DNA from: Octopus sinensis
Taxonomy: Eukaryota
Assembly (NCBI RefSeq): GCF_006345805.1
Contig: NC_043003.1
Coordinates: 102,982,001-103,046,000 of the forward strand
Reading direction: 5' to 3'
Length of the DNA: 64,000 nt
Shown: positions 25,961 to 38,213 of the stretch, piece by piece
Layout: each line of letters starts with the position of its first letter
Position numbering within the stretch: position 1 is the first letter of the stretch
The notes under the pieces: generated by a model
The model's input: only the letters and a program-made list of their open reading frames with translations
Told to the model about the DNA's origin: nothing
The model's database searches: none
Translations under genes and position numbers: made by a program

Positions 25961-26172
25961 AATTGTTTATTGTTTACATTGCCTGCTGCTCGTCTGCTGT
26001 ATCGTCTACAACTAACCTGTATAGCCTGTTGTTTGTTTGTTCATCTGAAGTTTGCTTGTACTGTCTGTATTATTACTTTTATGCTCTGCTGGATATTAAA
26101 ACTACAAAAATCCACTTTATCAGTAAAAATTAGATAGCCAAATATGAAAATACACCGAAATTTTTGTACTAC

Positions 26173-26240
26173 TTCGAAAGATTTGTTTTAACTGAACTCC
26201 TGCCATAACAGGCGTAAAGAGCACATCCTCAATTGCAAAT
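26173..26240 (-). CDS. Candidate exon (FAIEDVLFTPVMAGVQLKQIFR)
   Basis: Acceptor TTGATTTTCAACTCAG|; weak donors at 26173 or 26156; GC higher than flanks. Confidence 0.4.
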
Positions 26241-26469
26241 CTGAGTTGAAAATCAAGGATATAAATGTTACTGTTGATAAATAATTTCATAAAAATATTT
26301 CTATATGAAAATATGAAAAGCTGGATAATTTTCGCTTTCATCGTGTGAAGCGACTTTGTGTGATAAAAATAACCCGACGCAGGATTTTATGAAGCAAACT
26401 CAATCTCATAGGGATTAAATCTGGCAATTTTCAAAGAGTTATACACTTATATTTTTACACACATCACGT

Positions 26470-26890
26470 AAATTAAGTCAAAATTGGCGAGCAAACCAAT
26501 TTTGAAAATTGTTGTTTAGATATCAATTATTATGGATCATATAAAAGACACTGACAAATGCAGTATTTCCTTCGCTATTCCGCTTTGCTGGAAGTTACCA
26601 ATCACTAAACAGTTTCATCCTTTGTTGGCTAGTTGCATTTGAGCAGATAAAAATTGTCAATCGTTCTTTATTATGCTTGAAATCACTAGCACATGCTTCA
26701 CTTGAACTTCCCGAAGTTCCCGTTGCAAAACAATTTCAATAAAGGTCAGATTCGTCGGTGTTGTACATTTGATCATCTCTAAGCTTTCATTCTTCGACAA
26801 GTTCATCAAATGTCACATTGTCCTCCTTTATAGCTGCTTTTCACTCTGATCATTGGTTTCGCTACCAATGTCCAATTTGTTTTTCATTTT
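26470..26890 (-). mobile_element. Highly decayed pogo/Tigger DDE transposase fragment
   Basis: DQMYNTDESDLY...FKHNKERLTIFICSNAT...FQNWFARQF matches the QIYNxDETGLFW / KERLTxxxCxNA motifs. Confidence 0.75.
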
Positions 26891-27092
26891 GTTAAATTTC
26901 ATGACGTGTCATAAGTCATAGCTGTTTAAATGCTGCGAAACATGTTACATCACATATCTATCTACCTCTGTTTGTTTGCCTGTTTACACCACACACACAC
27001 ACACATATACATATACATGTGCGTCTCTGCGTGTGTCTGTACGTGTGTGTGGGAATATATATATATATCCACATAGAGACAGTATATATATA

Positions 27093-27142
<50 letters not shown>

Positions 27143-27454
27143 ATATAGGATAAAATTCTTTCAGAAAAATTTCATCAAAAGTGGCAGCATATTAAAATAC
27201 CTTTAAAGGTGAAAATTGTAAACAATTTATAAACAAGGGCAAAAGAAAAAAAATATTTCTATGCCAATATGCTGAGAATAGACTTTAAATCGTTAATCAC
27301 CGCTTTTCAATATACATTCACTATAAATACACGTCCTGCTGAAATTAAGGAAAGCAAGCTAACAGAATTTTTGTTTTTACTTCGTTATTTCTGTATTGAA
27401 TCAATTTCGGGAAAAATCCTATGGATTTTGATAAGAAATAAATGAAATACTTAC

Positions 27455-27516
27455 AAGCACCCATGGAAAAAAGCAGAAGTAAGAGTCATGAGTACACATA
27501 AATACCCCAGTTATAT
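27455..27516 (-). CDS. Candidate exon (DITGVFMCTHDSYFCFFPWVL)
   Basis: TTTTACATTTAG| acceptor, CTT|GTAAGT donor. Only phase 1 to 0 is open, matching the upstream exon. Confidence 0.5.
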
Positions 27517-28069
27517 CTAAATGTAAAATTTAGATATAACAGCGAGAAACATGACTGACAGAGTCAACGGTCATGCGAAAATTAGAAACGAATGAGAGAT
27601 ATGTGAATGATCACGAGTCACGTAGTTGTGGGAGGGGAGAGAAACAGTGGTGGAGAGCAGGACAGAAGCAACAGGGGGAAGTGTTAAAGAGGGAAAGAGT
27701 GAGAAAGAGAGAGAGAGAGGAAGGAAGGTAAAAGAAAGACAAAGAAAGAGAAAGGGGCAGAAATATATGTCGCACAAAAAATATTCAACTGAATATTCTA
27801 TAGACTGAATAAAAAATAGGAAATACGTAGCGTTACATAAATAATATTCTAAAAAGTTAACAAAAACACAACAAACGGAAAATTTTAAGCTAATTCCTCA
27901 TCAGTCAACGTCCAAAAGACCATAACAATTTCGCGTCTTTAACGGTGATATTGTTCACTTTTGGTGGCGCCAGCGGTGAGAAACCACTGGGAATAGCAAA
28001 CGAACGTACGGGACAATGACGAAAACAAACACGACAAAATAAAATAAATATAATTACTAGCAAAAAACC

Positions 28070-28387
28070 TATGAGCGTTCAAGTCGCACAAAATCCTGAA
28101 GGAGAAGCTGCAGGTCATGTGGAAGTCAAACGTTAAAGCGTGGGTCACCAGGCAATTCTTCACCGAGTGGGTCAAACTTCTGGAGAAAGTTCTTCCTCTC
28201 AAGACCCTCCTCATCCTCGAAAATGTTCATGCTCACCTTCCTAGACCTAGATGAATCTAAATTCATAAAATTTCTATACCTTTCTCGCAACACGACCCTT
28301 GTCTTGCAGCCCATGGACCAACAGGTGATTTCTGATTTTGAGAAATTGCACACCAAACACCTGTTTCGTCAGTGCTTTGAAATCACG
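28070..28387 (+). mobile_element. Internal pogo/Tigger transposase fragment
   Basis: KAWVTRQFFTEW...LQPMDQQVISDFEKLHTKHLFRQCFEIT; near-identical in part to 32630-32930. Confidence 0.85.
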
Positions 28388-29115
28388 CTGGGAATAGTTA
28401 ACTAACGTCTAGGACAATGATGAAAACAAACATGACAAAATAAAATAAATATACATACACAACGAAAAAATACTGTACGACCGCAAGAATGAATGAATGA
28501 ATGAAATAATGAATGAATGAATGAATGAATGAATGAATGAATGACTGAATGAATGAATAAGAAACAGAGAATAAAGAGGCAAAACACTTGTATCACTTCA
28601 GAGCATGTAATTTATAATTTAAACACAGTGTGGCGTAGTTATAATAAATATAGGATTATAATGTAATGCGTAAAGTTTTACAGCTGTTTCTAGAATAGCT
28701 GAGCATGTGTTGGTGAATAAAGAATTCCACGTAAGCTAACTATGCTGTCATCGGAGATTTAATTAAGGAATATCGTTAATCAAGGATATTTGTATTTAAA
28801 GTTATATATATATATATATTATATAATTAGGGCTTAGTAAAATAAATTACTTTGCCACATACTGGACTTAGTAGAAATAGCAGCCAAAAAAAATTTTTTT
28901 AGCCATTCCTACTACTTAAAGAAAATTTCTCTCAGATAACGTTTACTCCAGACAGCTCACGAAGGTTTGGAGGTAAATACAGAAAAATATCACAAGTACA
29001 TAGATCGTTTGAGTACGTCAACGTTTCAAGATTAGCCAAATAAAATCAGCATTTCTTTCGTCAGCTCAAAATGTCTTAATTTGGATTTGGAAACACTAAA
29101 AAGAAGGAACTTTAC

Positions 29116-29221
29116 CTCTTGGCGAACTTGTCGCTTCAAATGAACCAGCTCCAACTGCTAGTGCCAACAAATTCAAAATGCGCAGGCGTAAATCTCTGCA
29201 AACCTTTTCCACCCACGTGGT
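29116..29221 (-). CDS. Candidate exon (TTWVEKVCRDLRLRILNLLALAVGAGSFEATSSPR)
   Basis: GCTAGATAG| acceptor, GAG|GTAAAG donor, 106 nt open in phase 0 to 1, GC-richer than flanks. Confidence 0.5.
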
Positions 29222-29337
29222 CTATCTAGCAAACATTATATTTTAACCGCGAGAACCAAGGCAGTATGACTGTTGAAGTGAATCGAACGGCTTTCGTGTT
29301 TCTTAAATGGCTTATAAACACCTTCCACGCTGCAATT

Positions 29338-31586
29338 GTATGATTGATTGATTGATTGATTCTAGTTTCAGCTCACGAGCTGTGGCCATGCTGGGGCACC
29401 GCCATTTGGTGTTGCTACATGGTTTTACTTCACGAATGCTTTTTAGCAACTGCCATTTGGTGCATGAGAGAGTTCGATGCAGCTGCCCTCATCTGCACCT
29501 CCTGCCGTAAAGTTGGTTCATCTGGGATACCTGACAAGAAGAGATCCAGTTTCATTTTAAAGACATCTGCATCCACCCCATGCAGGTCTCTTAGGTTCTT
29601 CGGGAGGATATTGAGGAGCTGTGGCCCTCGGAAGCCCAGGCTATCACAGTATCTTGTCCTACATCTTGATGGCAAATTTGGAGTCCTAGGCACCACGCAG
29701 TGGCGCCCGGTTCTGGCATTTGTGTAACTCTCGATGCCAAAGTTTGGGACAAGTCCCTCCAGGATCTTCCAGATGTATATTGTGGCATATCTTTCTCGCC
29801 TACGCTCCAAGGAATAGAGTTTTAATCTCTTGAGTCTTTCCCAGTAGCTTATATTCTGCACAGAGGCTATCTTCTTCGTGTAGCTACGTTGAATCGCCTC
29901 AAGTTCTGTGATCAACTTGACACTGGATGGTGACCATAGCTGAGAGCAATAGTCAAAGTGGCTTAGGACAAGTGTCCTCCAGAGGACCGTCATGGTTTCT
30001 TGTTCTCTTGTTCTAAAGGTTCTGAGAATCCATCCGGCCAGTCGTCTACATTTCATTGCCAATTTAGCAACATGTACACGAAAGGTTGCGTCATCACTCA
30101 TGTAAATACCCAGGTCACGCACTGATTGTGCCTCTGGGATTGCAATCCTCCGGGTCCAGTGTATTCATTGGGTATTGCATTTAGTTTTGCATGCTGATAG
30201 TATAAAGCTTGAAACTTTTCAGCATTGAACTGCATGCTATTCTTTTCAGCCCACTTGTATATTTTGTCCAGCTCACATTGCAGGCGTTTAGTGTCCTCAG
30301 GGTTCTGTATTGCCTGTGAAACTTTTGTATCATCTGCATAACTTGTGATCGTGGCTCTCTGCGTGGCTGAGGGCATGTCTGAGAGGGCCATTATGAACAG
30401 TAGTGGTCCAAAAACAGTGCCCTGCGGAACACCGCTCACTAATTGCGTGTTAATGGAAGTGGCCCCATTGGCTACAACCACCTGACTTCTATCTTTCAGA
30501 AAGTCATGGAGCCATTCTCCCAGTTTTCCAACTATGCTAAGATCACGCAGTTTGTGACATATCATTCCATGATCGACTTTATCAAAGGCCTTTGCAAAGT
30601 CAAGATATATCACTTCCACATTTGAGTGGTTGAGCAGTCGTTTCAGCACCCAGTCATAGTGTTGTAGGAGCTGAGTTAAACAGCTTCTCCCTGGTCGGAA
30701 ACCATGTTGGGTGTCAGGCAGTAAGTCATTCTCTTCAAGGAAGGTGATCAGTTTCCTTCTGATTATTCGTTCCATGACCTTGCTGATGTGTGAGGTCAGA
30801 GAGATAGGTCTGTAGTTCTTGGCCTCCGCTCTGCTACCTCCTTTATGAATAGGGCATATTTTACCTTCCTTCAGTTTCCTTGGAAGTTTGCCAGCTGCAA
30901 GGAAGCTCTGAAAGAGGAACTGCAGTGGTCTTGTTAGGACTCTCTTACATACTTTTAGGAGGATTGCCGGGAATCCATCGGGGCCAGTAACTGAGTCTGT
31001 TTTCATTTCATCTATAGCCTTTATTACATCGTCTTCTTTTATATCGATGTAATCTATCGTCGCCGCCTCTGATTTTATATCTGCAGTGGTAAAGAAGTCA
31101 GTTGGATTGGTGATTTGGAAATGCCCAAGGGGTGGAGTGAAAACACTCTTGAATTGCTCATTCAATATTTCACTTACCCTCATTGGTTTTCCTGTGAGTG
31201 TGCCATCCTTTTCAAGGAGTGGCCCTATCCTACAGTGCACCGTAGCTGTTTCTTTGGCATACCTGTAGAAAGCTCTGGGGTTAGATTTTATGTTGTCTAT
31301 AGCCCAGGCTTCTTTGTCTGCTCTTTCCTTTTCATGGGAGAGTTGCAGACATTTTTCAATTTCCAACAGTTTTATTTTCAGGCGGGACTTTTCACTGCTT
31401 TCAATCTGTTGTTTAGGCGATTTGAAATTTTTGTACGCCGTCTCATTAAAATTTTCCTCTCTCTGGGGATTTTGTTCTTGTGTACAGTGGCCTTTCTTTC
31501 TGGGACACATTTGTAGCATATGGCTTGCATTACAGACATGAATTGTTGAAGTTTCACGTCGATGTCTGGCGAGGAGAGACATTCAG

Positions 31587-31588
<2 letters not shown>
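29338..31588 (-). mobile_element. CR1-clade LINE, 5'-truncated, with (AATC)n tail
   Basis: ORF2 pieces 30098-31582 and 29430-30122 separated by one frameshift. Motifs YRPISLTS, QHGFRPGRSC, YLDFAKAFDKV, GVPQGTVFGPLLF, YADD. Tail repeat at about 29338-29360. Confidence 0.95.
30098..31582 (-). CDS. CR1 ORF2 reverse transcriptase (truncated, frameshifted)
   Basis: Complete RT motif set within the 494-aa ORF. Confidence 0.9.
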   Translation of the reverse strand: MSLLARHRRETSTIHVCNASHMLQMCPRKKGHCTQEQNPQREENFNETAYKNFKSPKQQIESSEKSRLKIKLLEIEKCLQLSHEKERADKEAWAIDNIKSNPRAFYRYAKETATVHCRIGPLLEKDGTLTGKPMRVSEILNEQFKSVFTPPLGHFQITNPTDFFTTADIKSEAATIDYIDIKEDDVIKAIDEMKTDSVTGPDGFPAILLKVCKRVLTRPLQFLFQSFLAAGKLPRKLKEGKICPIHKGGSRAEAKNYRPISLTSHISKVMERIIRRKLITFLEENDLLPDTQHGFRPGRSCLTQLLQHYDWVLKRLLNHSNVEVIYLDFAKAFDKVDHGMICHKLRDLSIVGKLGEWLHDFLKDRSQVVVANGATSINTQLVSGVPQGTVFGPLLFIMALSDMPSATQRATITSYADDTKVSQAIQNPEDTKRLQCELDKIYKWAEKNSMQFNAEKFQALYYQHAKLNAIPNEYTGPGGLQSQRHNQCVTWVFT

Positions 31589-31640
<52 letters not shown>

Positions 31641-31643
<3 letters not shown>

Positions 31644-33759
31644 GGACACCTCGTAGTGCGAATTTAATTTGTTCCATGCCTGAACTCGTTTTACGATTTA
31701 CTCATTTTACAAATCACTTTTCCACATTGAGATTAATTAAAATATAATTAATCCGTCCCAGTCCCCAAAATCCACTCAAAAATAATTTTTTATAGGTTTT
31801 AAAACAGAAGAGGTTCAGTTACAATAAAAGAGAATACAAAAGGAATATATAAACTAGTTTTATTAATTTAATTGCCTTAAAGATAGGACGATTCGTGCGC
31901 GAAGAAGACGATGGAGCGGGGAGGAGGGGGATTATTGTTTGGAAGGAGAATCTCTTTCTATTAAGACTTCAGGAAGAACAATTTCTGATATTTTCTCTCT
32001 CACTTCGCTTAATTTAGGCTTTTGGGGCACACTTTCTTCACTTTTTCACACTTGCAGGTCATTTCATTAGAAACATATCAAGAGAAGTCCGCTTTTTCCT
32101 GCCTTTCAAAATGTTACGAAAATGCGCTGCCTGAGCAGTGTCATTAAATAAAGAAACTGAATGACTTGTAGATACTTACTCAGGATGATATTTTTCTACA
32201 AATTCAGTAATATACTGCCACTTTACCAGCAATGCCATTATGTCATTCGTAGAGATAGCCTTTTCCGCTACACTGTCCTCATCAGGGGAACCAATCTCTT
32301 CCACTGCATCCGAATCCTGCTGCTGCTGAAGCTGTAGGAGTTCATCTGTCGTCAACTCCTCTGAGTGTTCCACGACGAGATCGTTAATGTGCCCATCGTC
32401 AACGTCGAGGCTCATGGACTTGCCAAGAAACACCATCTCCTCGACTACTGATGTCTCAGACTTAAACTCCTGGATGACTCTTTCGAATATGCAATCAAGC
32501 CAGAATTTCCTCCGTGCAGAAGTCAACGTTCTCTTCATTCCACCCTACCAGGCCATATCGATGATTTTCAGGCAGTTAGCAATGTTGCAGTGCTCCTTCC
32601 ATAACTCACGAAGAGTTAGATTTGTATTTTCGGTGATTTCAAAGCACTGACGAAACAGGTGTTTGGTGTGCAATTTCTCGAAATCAGAAATCACCTGTTG
32701 GTCCATGGGCTGCAAGATAGGGGTCGTGTTGCGAGAAAGGTATAGACATTTTATGAATTTAGATTCATCTAGGTCTAGGATACCATCTTCGAAGTTAGGA
32801 AGGTGAGCAGAAACATTGTCGAGGATGAGGAGGGTCTTGAGAGGAAGACCTTTTTTCCAGAAGTGGACCATTCTTTAACGTTTGCCTTCCACATGACCTA
32901 CAACTTCTTTGGGATTCTGTGCGTCTTGAACGCTCCTAGGTTTTCTGAACCGTAGGTTTTCTCCACTCGCATTGGCACAAAGAGCGAGAGTTAGCCTATC
33001 TTTCATAGGCTTGTGATCTTGCATTCTCTTCAACTTTGTAGTATATAGGGTCTGCTGGGCATTTTTTCTTTCGAAAAAAAAAAGGGGGGCAGTTTCATCA
33101 CAGTTGGATACCTGTTGTGCGATGTTCCCCTCGCCTGCGATGCGATGACGGAATTCACACGAAATATTCAGCTGCTTTCGTATCAAAACTCGCTGCTTTT
33201 CCATACTTGACGACACTATGAACTTCTTGAAATTATCGAACCAACTGCGACTGGCTTTAAAGGGGTCTGTTGATGTATCCAGCGTCGACGTTCCAGGGTT
33301 TTTCTTTATGAGATCTTCATACAGCACTCATACTTTCTCGTAGATGATAGTTTCCGCAATCGCCTCCCCTGCGAGTTGCTTCACGTTGATCTACAGCAGA
33401 AGCAATTTTTCCATCTCTTCATGGACAGATGTGCGTTGCTTGTAAAGCCTTGAGACACCCTTTGCTGTTGTAACGGCCTTGGTCTCGTCTTTTTTTTTTC
33501 AGGATGGTGCAAATTGTCGACGTACAACTTTTTCTTCTCAGCACTGTCCTTTGCACTTCTTGGGACCTATGGTTAACAAAACCAATTATTATAAAATAAA
33601 AAGCAAACAACGCACAAAACCAACTGACGGTCGCTTGTATGTTACTCGCTCGTACTGTAGATCTCCACTCGTAGTTCAAGACAAAAATTCGCGCGAGGCA
33701 CGGATTGTACAGCAAATTATTCATACAATGGTGCACTCGTACTGCGCGGCTGTACTCTG
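31641..33759 (-). mobile_element. Decayed pogo/Tigger DNA transposon
   Basis: Ends CAGGGACACCTCG.. and ..CTCTG flanked by TA inside (TA)n. ORF pieces FKASRSWFDNFKK, NCDET, KPMKDRLTLALCANASG, LILDN, LQPMDQ. Confidence 0.9.
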
Positions 33760-33845
33760 TATATATATATATATATATTATATATATATATATGTATTAT
33801 GTATGTATGTATGTATGTATGTATGTATGTATGTATATGTATATA

Positions 33846-34009
33846 TAGGCGTAGGAGTGGCTGTGTGGTAAGTAGCTTGCTTACCAACCACATGGTTCTG
33901 CGTTCAGTCCCACTGCGTGGCACCTTGGGCAAGTGTCTTCTGCTATAGCCTCAGACCAACAAAAGCCTTGTTAGTGGATTTGGTAGACGGAAAATGAAAG
34001 AAGCCCGTC

Positions 34010-34083
<74 letters not shown>

Positions 34084-34280
34084 CTGCGTTTGTGCCCCCA
34101 ACATCGCTTGACGACCGGTTTTGATGTGTTTACGTCCCCGTAACTTAGCGGTTCGGCAAAAGAGATTGATGGAATAAGTACTAGGCTTACAAACAATAAG
34201 TCCAGGGGTCGATTTGCTCGACTAAAAAGGTGGTGCTCCAGCATGGCCGCAGTCAAATGACTGAAACAAGTAAAAAAGAG
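33846..34280 (+). mobile_element. SINE family D, near full length
   Basis: Head TAGGCGTAGGAGTGGCTGTGTGGTAAG..GTTCAGTCCC, CORE-like GCACCTTGGGCAAGTGTC, internal (AT)n(GT)n, tail GGTGGTGCTCCAGCATGGCC. Confidence 0.9.
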
Positions 34281-34423
34281 TGTATGTATGTATGTAGGAA
34301 TGTCTGTATATGTGCACATGTGCGCACGCGCGGAATCAACCAGAAACGGGAAGGCGTCCGATTTCTTTCTCTCCAAAAGGGTGAATCGATCAGTTATTGA
34401 ACAGAGTAAGCCTGGTTTTTAAA

Positions 34424-34533
<110 letters not shown>

Positions 34534-34828
34534 GAGTACATGCTATTAACTTTTAGAAGGAAAAGATTATTAGTGATTTAGAAGTTTCGCCGTCTCGTCG
34601 TTATAACTTTGTGTGTGCGCGCGCATATGTGTGTGTGTATGTGTGTGTGTGTGTGTTTGCGTGTGTGATTGTGTGTGTGTCTGTGTGCGCGCGCATGTGT
34701 GCGCGCGCATGTGTGCTCGCGTGTGTGCGTGTATGTGCCTGTGTATGTATGTGCCCGTGTGTGTATCTGTGAGAGTAAGCGTGAGTGTGTATGCCTGTGT
34801 GTGTGTGTCTGTGTGAGACAGAGAGAGC

Positions 34829-34862
<34 letters not shown>

Positions 34863-35226
34863 TTATGTATATACTTAAACGTGCATCCATATATATATTT
34901 ATACATATTCGCACATACATACACATTTATGCATGTATGTATGTATGTATGTATGTATGTATGTATGGATGGATGGATGGATGGATGGATGGATGGATGG
35001 ATAGAGGACACACACTTGTCTCCATAAACACAAACCCATCCATAACGCATACACTTCTTCTTAACGGTAATAACAGAAACACTGTACTACTAAAATATTT
35101 TTTGATCAGAAGATGAAAGCAATAGTCTCCCCACATCTCCCCCCTCATCTCTCTCTTTCCCTCTTTCTCTCGTCCTCACACTCCCTCTCTCGCGCTCACA
35201 CACACACTCACTCACTCTCTCTCTCC

Positions 35227-35258
<32 letters not shown>

Positions 35259-35457
35259 ATCTCTATCATACTATCTGCATTCTATTTAATCTTTTTCTTC
35301 CATTACCTCTATCACCTTTTATCTTCTTCTCTTCTCCTCCACCTCTCCTTATCCCTGCCATCAATCGATCTCCTCCTATATCGATCTGCCACTGTTTCCT
35401 ATGAGATGTGTGTGAACGCTGAAGAGACAAGAGATTGGCAATCCAGCGACTATTAAC

Positions 35458-35527
35458 GCCAATTTCAAGAGCAATATCGCATAATCTAGGCCAATCTTTA
35501 CCACTGATTGGAGCTACACCATCAATA
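35458..35527 (-). CDS. Candidate exon (IDGVAPISGKDWPRLCDIALEIG)
   Basis: CTTATTTATACAAG| acceptor; unique-sequence island with this frame open; the donor GGC|GTTAAT is weak. Confidence 0.3.
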
Positions 35528-35775
35528 CTTGTATAAATAAGTACATTCATACGCGTGCGCACGCACACACACGCACACACACACACACGTATATACAGGC
35601 ACAAACACATATAGATGATATATTGGAAAGTAAATAAATAGAATGCAACCACAACAATGAGTACGTGAAAATATAGGCGCATACTCATGACTTCAATGTT
35701 GAAATAGTGTGGTCCCACGTATTTCCATAATACACACACACACACATACGTACCGTACATATATTCATACACATG

Positions 35776-35821
<46 letters not shown>

Positions 35822-35839
35822 ATATATAATATATATATG

Positions 35840-36025
35840 TTTGTCCCCCTAGCATTGCTTGACAATCGATGCTGGTGTGTTTACGTCCCCGTCACTTAGC
35901 GGTTCGGCAAAAGAGACCGATAGAATAAGTACTGGGCTTACAAAGAATAAGTCCCGGGGTCGATTTGCTCGACTAAAGGTGGTGCTCCAGCATGGCCACA
36001 GTCAAAAGACTGAAACAAGTAAAAG
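35840..36025 (+). mobile_element. SINE family D, 3' half
   Basis: Matches 34090-34280. Confidence 0.85.
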
Positions 36026-36228
36026 AAAAGAGAAAGAGAAAGAGATATATAGGAGATGTACTTGCATAGCGAGTGACCTGATCTGAGATCGTGTGCTGGA
36101 ACGAAAACAATTGCAGCGTGGAAGCCATTCAAGAAACACACAGGAACCGTTAGATTCACTTCAACATGTAAATTTAATTTGTCAAAATATCTTCGTCGCT
36201 TTGAGACCGCAACCTGTTTATATATATA

Positions 36229-36276
<48 letters not shown>

Positions 36277-36289
36277 ACACACAAATTAC

Positions 36290-36316
36290 CATATATAGAA
36301 TCGCATGGAGCAACAT
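36290..36316 (-). CDS. Candidate first coding exon (MLLHAILYM, or MRFYI from 36306)
   Basis: ATG followed by donor ATG|GTAATT, just downstream of the motif cluster. Confidence 0.3.
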
Positions 36317-36369
36317 TGAATAAAATCTATTTGTGTGAAGTCATATGTAACACGCTTGTGTATATTGGA

Positions 36370-36520
36370 ACGCGGGAAGAACTTCCGCTGCGAAAATAGT
36401 CCCTGGAGAAATTCCAGTTACTAGACGGCATGTGTAAACACAAATACATTGGGCTGTGAATGACGTCACTGGAGCGTAGGACGCATGCGTTAATGCGTCT
36501 TTGCCTCGTCACTTACCCAA
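36370..36520. promoter_or_regulatory. Promoter-like CpG-enriched motif cluster
   Basis: GCGGGAA (E2F-like) 36372, ACTTCCGC (ETS) 36381, GTAAACA (Fox) 36434, ATTGG 36448, TGACGTCA (CRE) 36461, ACGCATGCGT (NRF1-like palindrome) 36481; minus-strand donor GG|GTAAGT at 36517. Confidence 0.5.
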
Positions 36521-37416
36521 AATCTAACCTTCAAAGCACGAAAAGAACAAATCCATTCTTATATTAGAACGCCATACGATACGTTTCCTACTATGTGTAA
36601 AACTAAGGTTAAATAAATATTTCTTGGGGTCGTAGTTGGTGGCACAAAGGGACATAGAGAATATTCATTGCAATATACCTTTGAAATGACCTGCTACTAG
36701 CTTTCATATATATATAAATCCTTAAAAATGTTTTAGCCCGAAGGCCGCGGCCATGCTGGGGCACCACCGCTGTATATATATGCATATATATATTTATATT
36801 TATTTATATGTAAATATGCATATATATGTAAATATATATATATATATATATATATGTAGGTCCCGGGTTGAGTCGGGGTTAACCACAGTAAATAAGGTAC
36901 TCAATACATAGCAGAGTAAATTTATTTTATATTTATTTTATATGTTCTTTTATGTATACTTATCTACTTCTTCCCTCCACTTAATAACAACAACAACAAA
37001 CTGACTAAAAGCGATAGTCTTCTAATTTACCTAAAATTCTATTCAATTATTCTATTTATTCATTTATTTACTTTATCACTGATTCTTTTGACCACGCCCC
37101 TAAGAAAGACAGTTTGTGCCCTGCTTACCCAAAAAATGTCCCCCACCACCACCCATTAAACCTGCCTAAATGTATAAATGCCAGAACTTATTTTGACAGC
37201 AAGCTTCCTGATGATTTCATTTGAATGAAACAGTTCTAGTCCTGTAGAAGCTCCTATAAAATAAATATATATATACCTTTGTGTGTGTGTGTGTGTGTAA
37301 TTATGTATGTATGCATATATTTGTATATATATAATATATATATGTAGTTATAAGTATGTGTGTGTGTGTACATGTATATATTTGTATATATGTATGTGTG
37401 TGTATGTATGTATATA

Positions 37417-37456
<40 letters not shown>

Positions 37457-37589
37457 CGTATTTGTATTTAGGTTGCAAGATTCTTGATGTGAATTCGTAT
37501 TTTATTATTACCGGTATAATAGCCCTCCCATGGTTCAATAGTGTATATATACATATATGCATGCATATATAAGTGTATGTGCGTGTGTG

Positions 37590-37637
<48 letters not shown>

Positions 37638-38213
37638 TGTGTATGTACCTTATGTAATTGGATCACGGCCCATGTACAAGATTTTTCAAAAGTTCAACGT
37701 GCAATGATTCGCCGTTGATATTATCTAAATTTCACCAATGGCCATGTTGTGTTTTTATTAGATTCACCCTTCTAGATAATTAAAAAAGTAAGATACCGCA
37801 CATATTTACAGATACACATATAACTACATGCATCGTTACATACATAAAAAGTAAAACACACATACGCATACATGTTTACTTATATATATATACAAATGAA
37901 AGTTAAATATAAAAATATGCATGTACACACGTAAATATGAGCGCACATACGAAGATTGCTATGAATTTATGTTAGATCAATAATACTACGAACATTGATT
38001 AGATGCCATAATCACATACACCCATAAGATATACAGCACAATAAATATTTGGTAACATTCCCATCAAAACCTCGATTAAATACCAATAAATCACCCTCCT
38101 CCAAGTGGTTGCCTGAAACCTTGGAGAAATTGAGTAAAAAGACATTTATAAAGAACTATTTTAAATTCCGTAACTTGTCTATTTTTCTTATAAATTTACA
38201 TTTGTATCGTTAG

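Noticed and set aside
26156-26200. QLKQIFRSSTKIS as a UvrD/PIF1 helicase motif IV
   Set aside because: A single short resemblance; no Walker A/B or motif V/VI in the neighbouring exons.
29101-29243. Plus-strand open frames over the 29116-29221 exon
   Set aside because: They lack plus-strand splice sites and are best explained as the antisense shadow of the minus frame.
35458-35527. Death-domain similarity (GKDWPRL)
   Set aside because: Only one short motif; the rest of the six-helix pattern is not evident.
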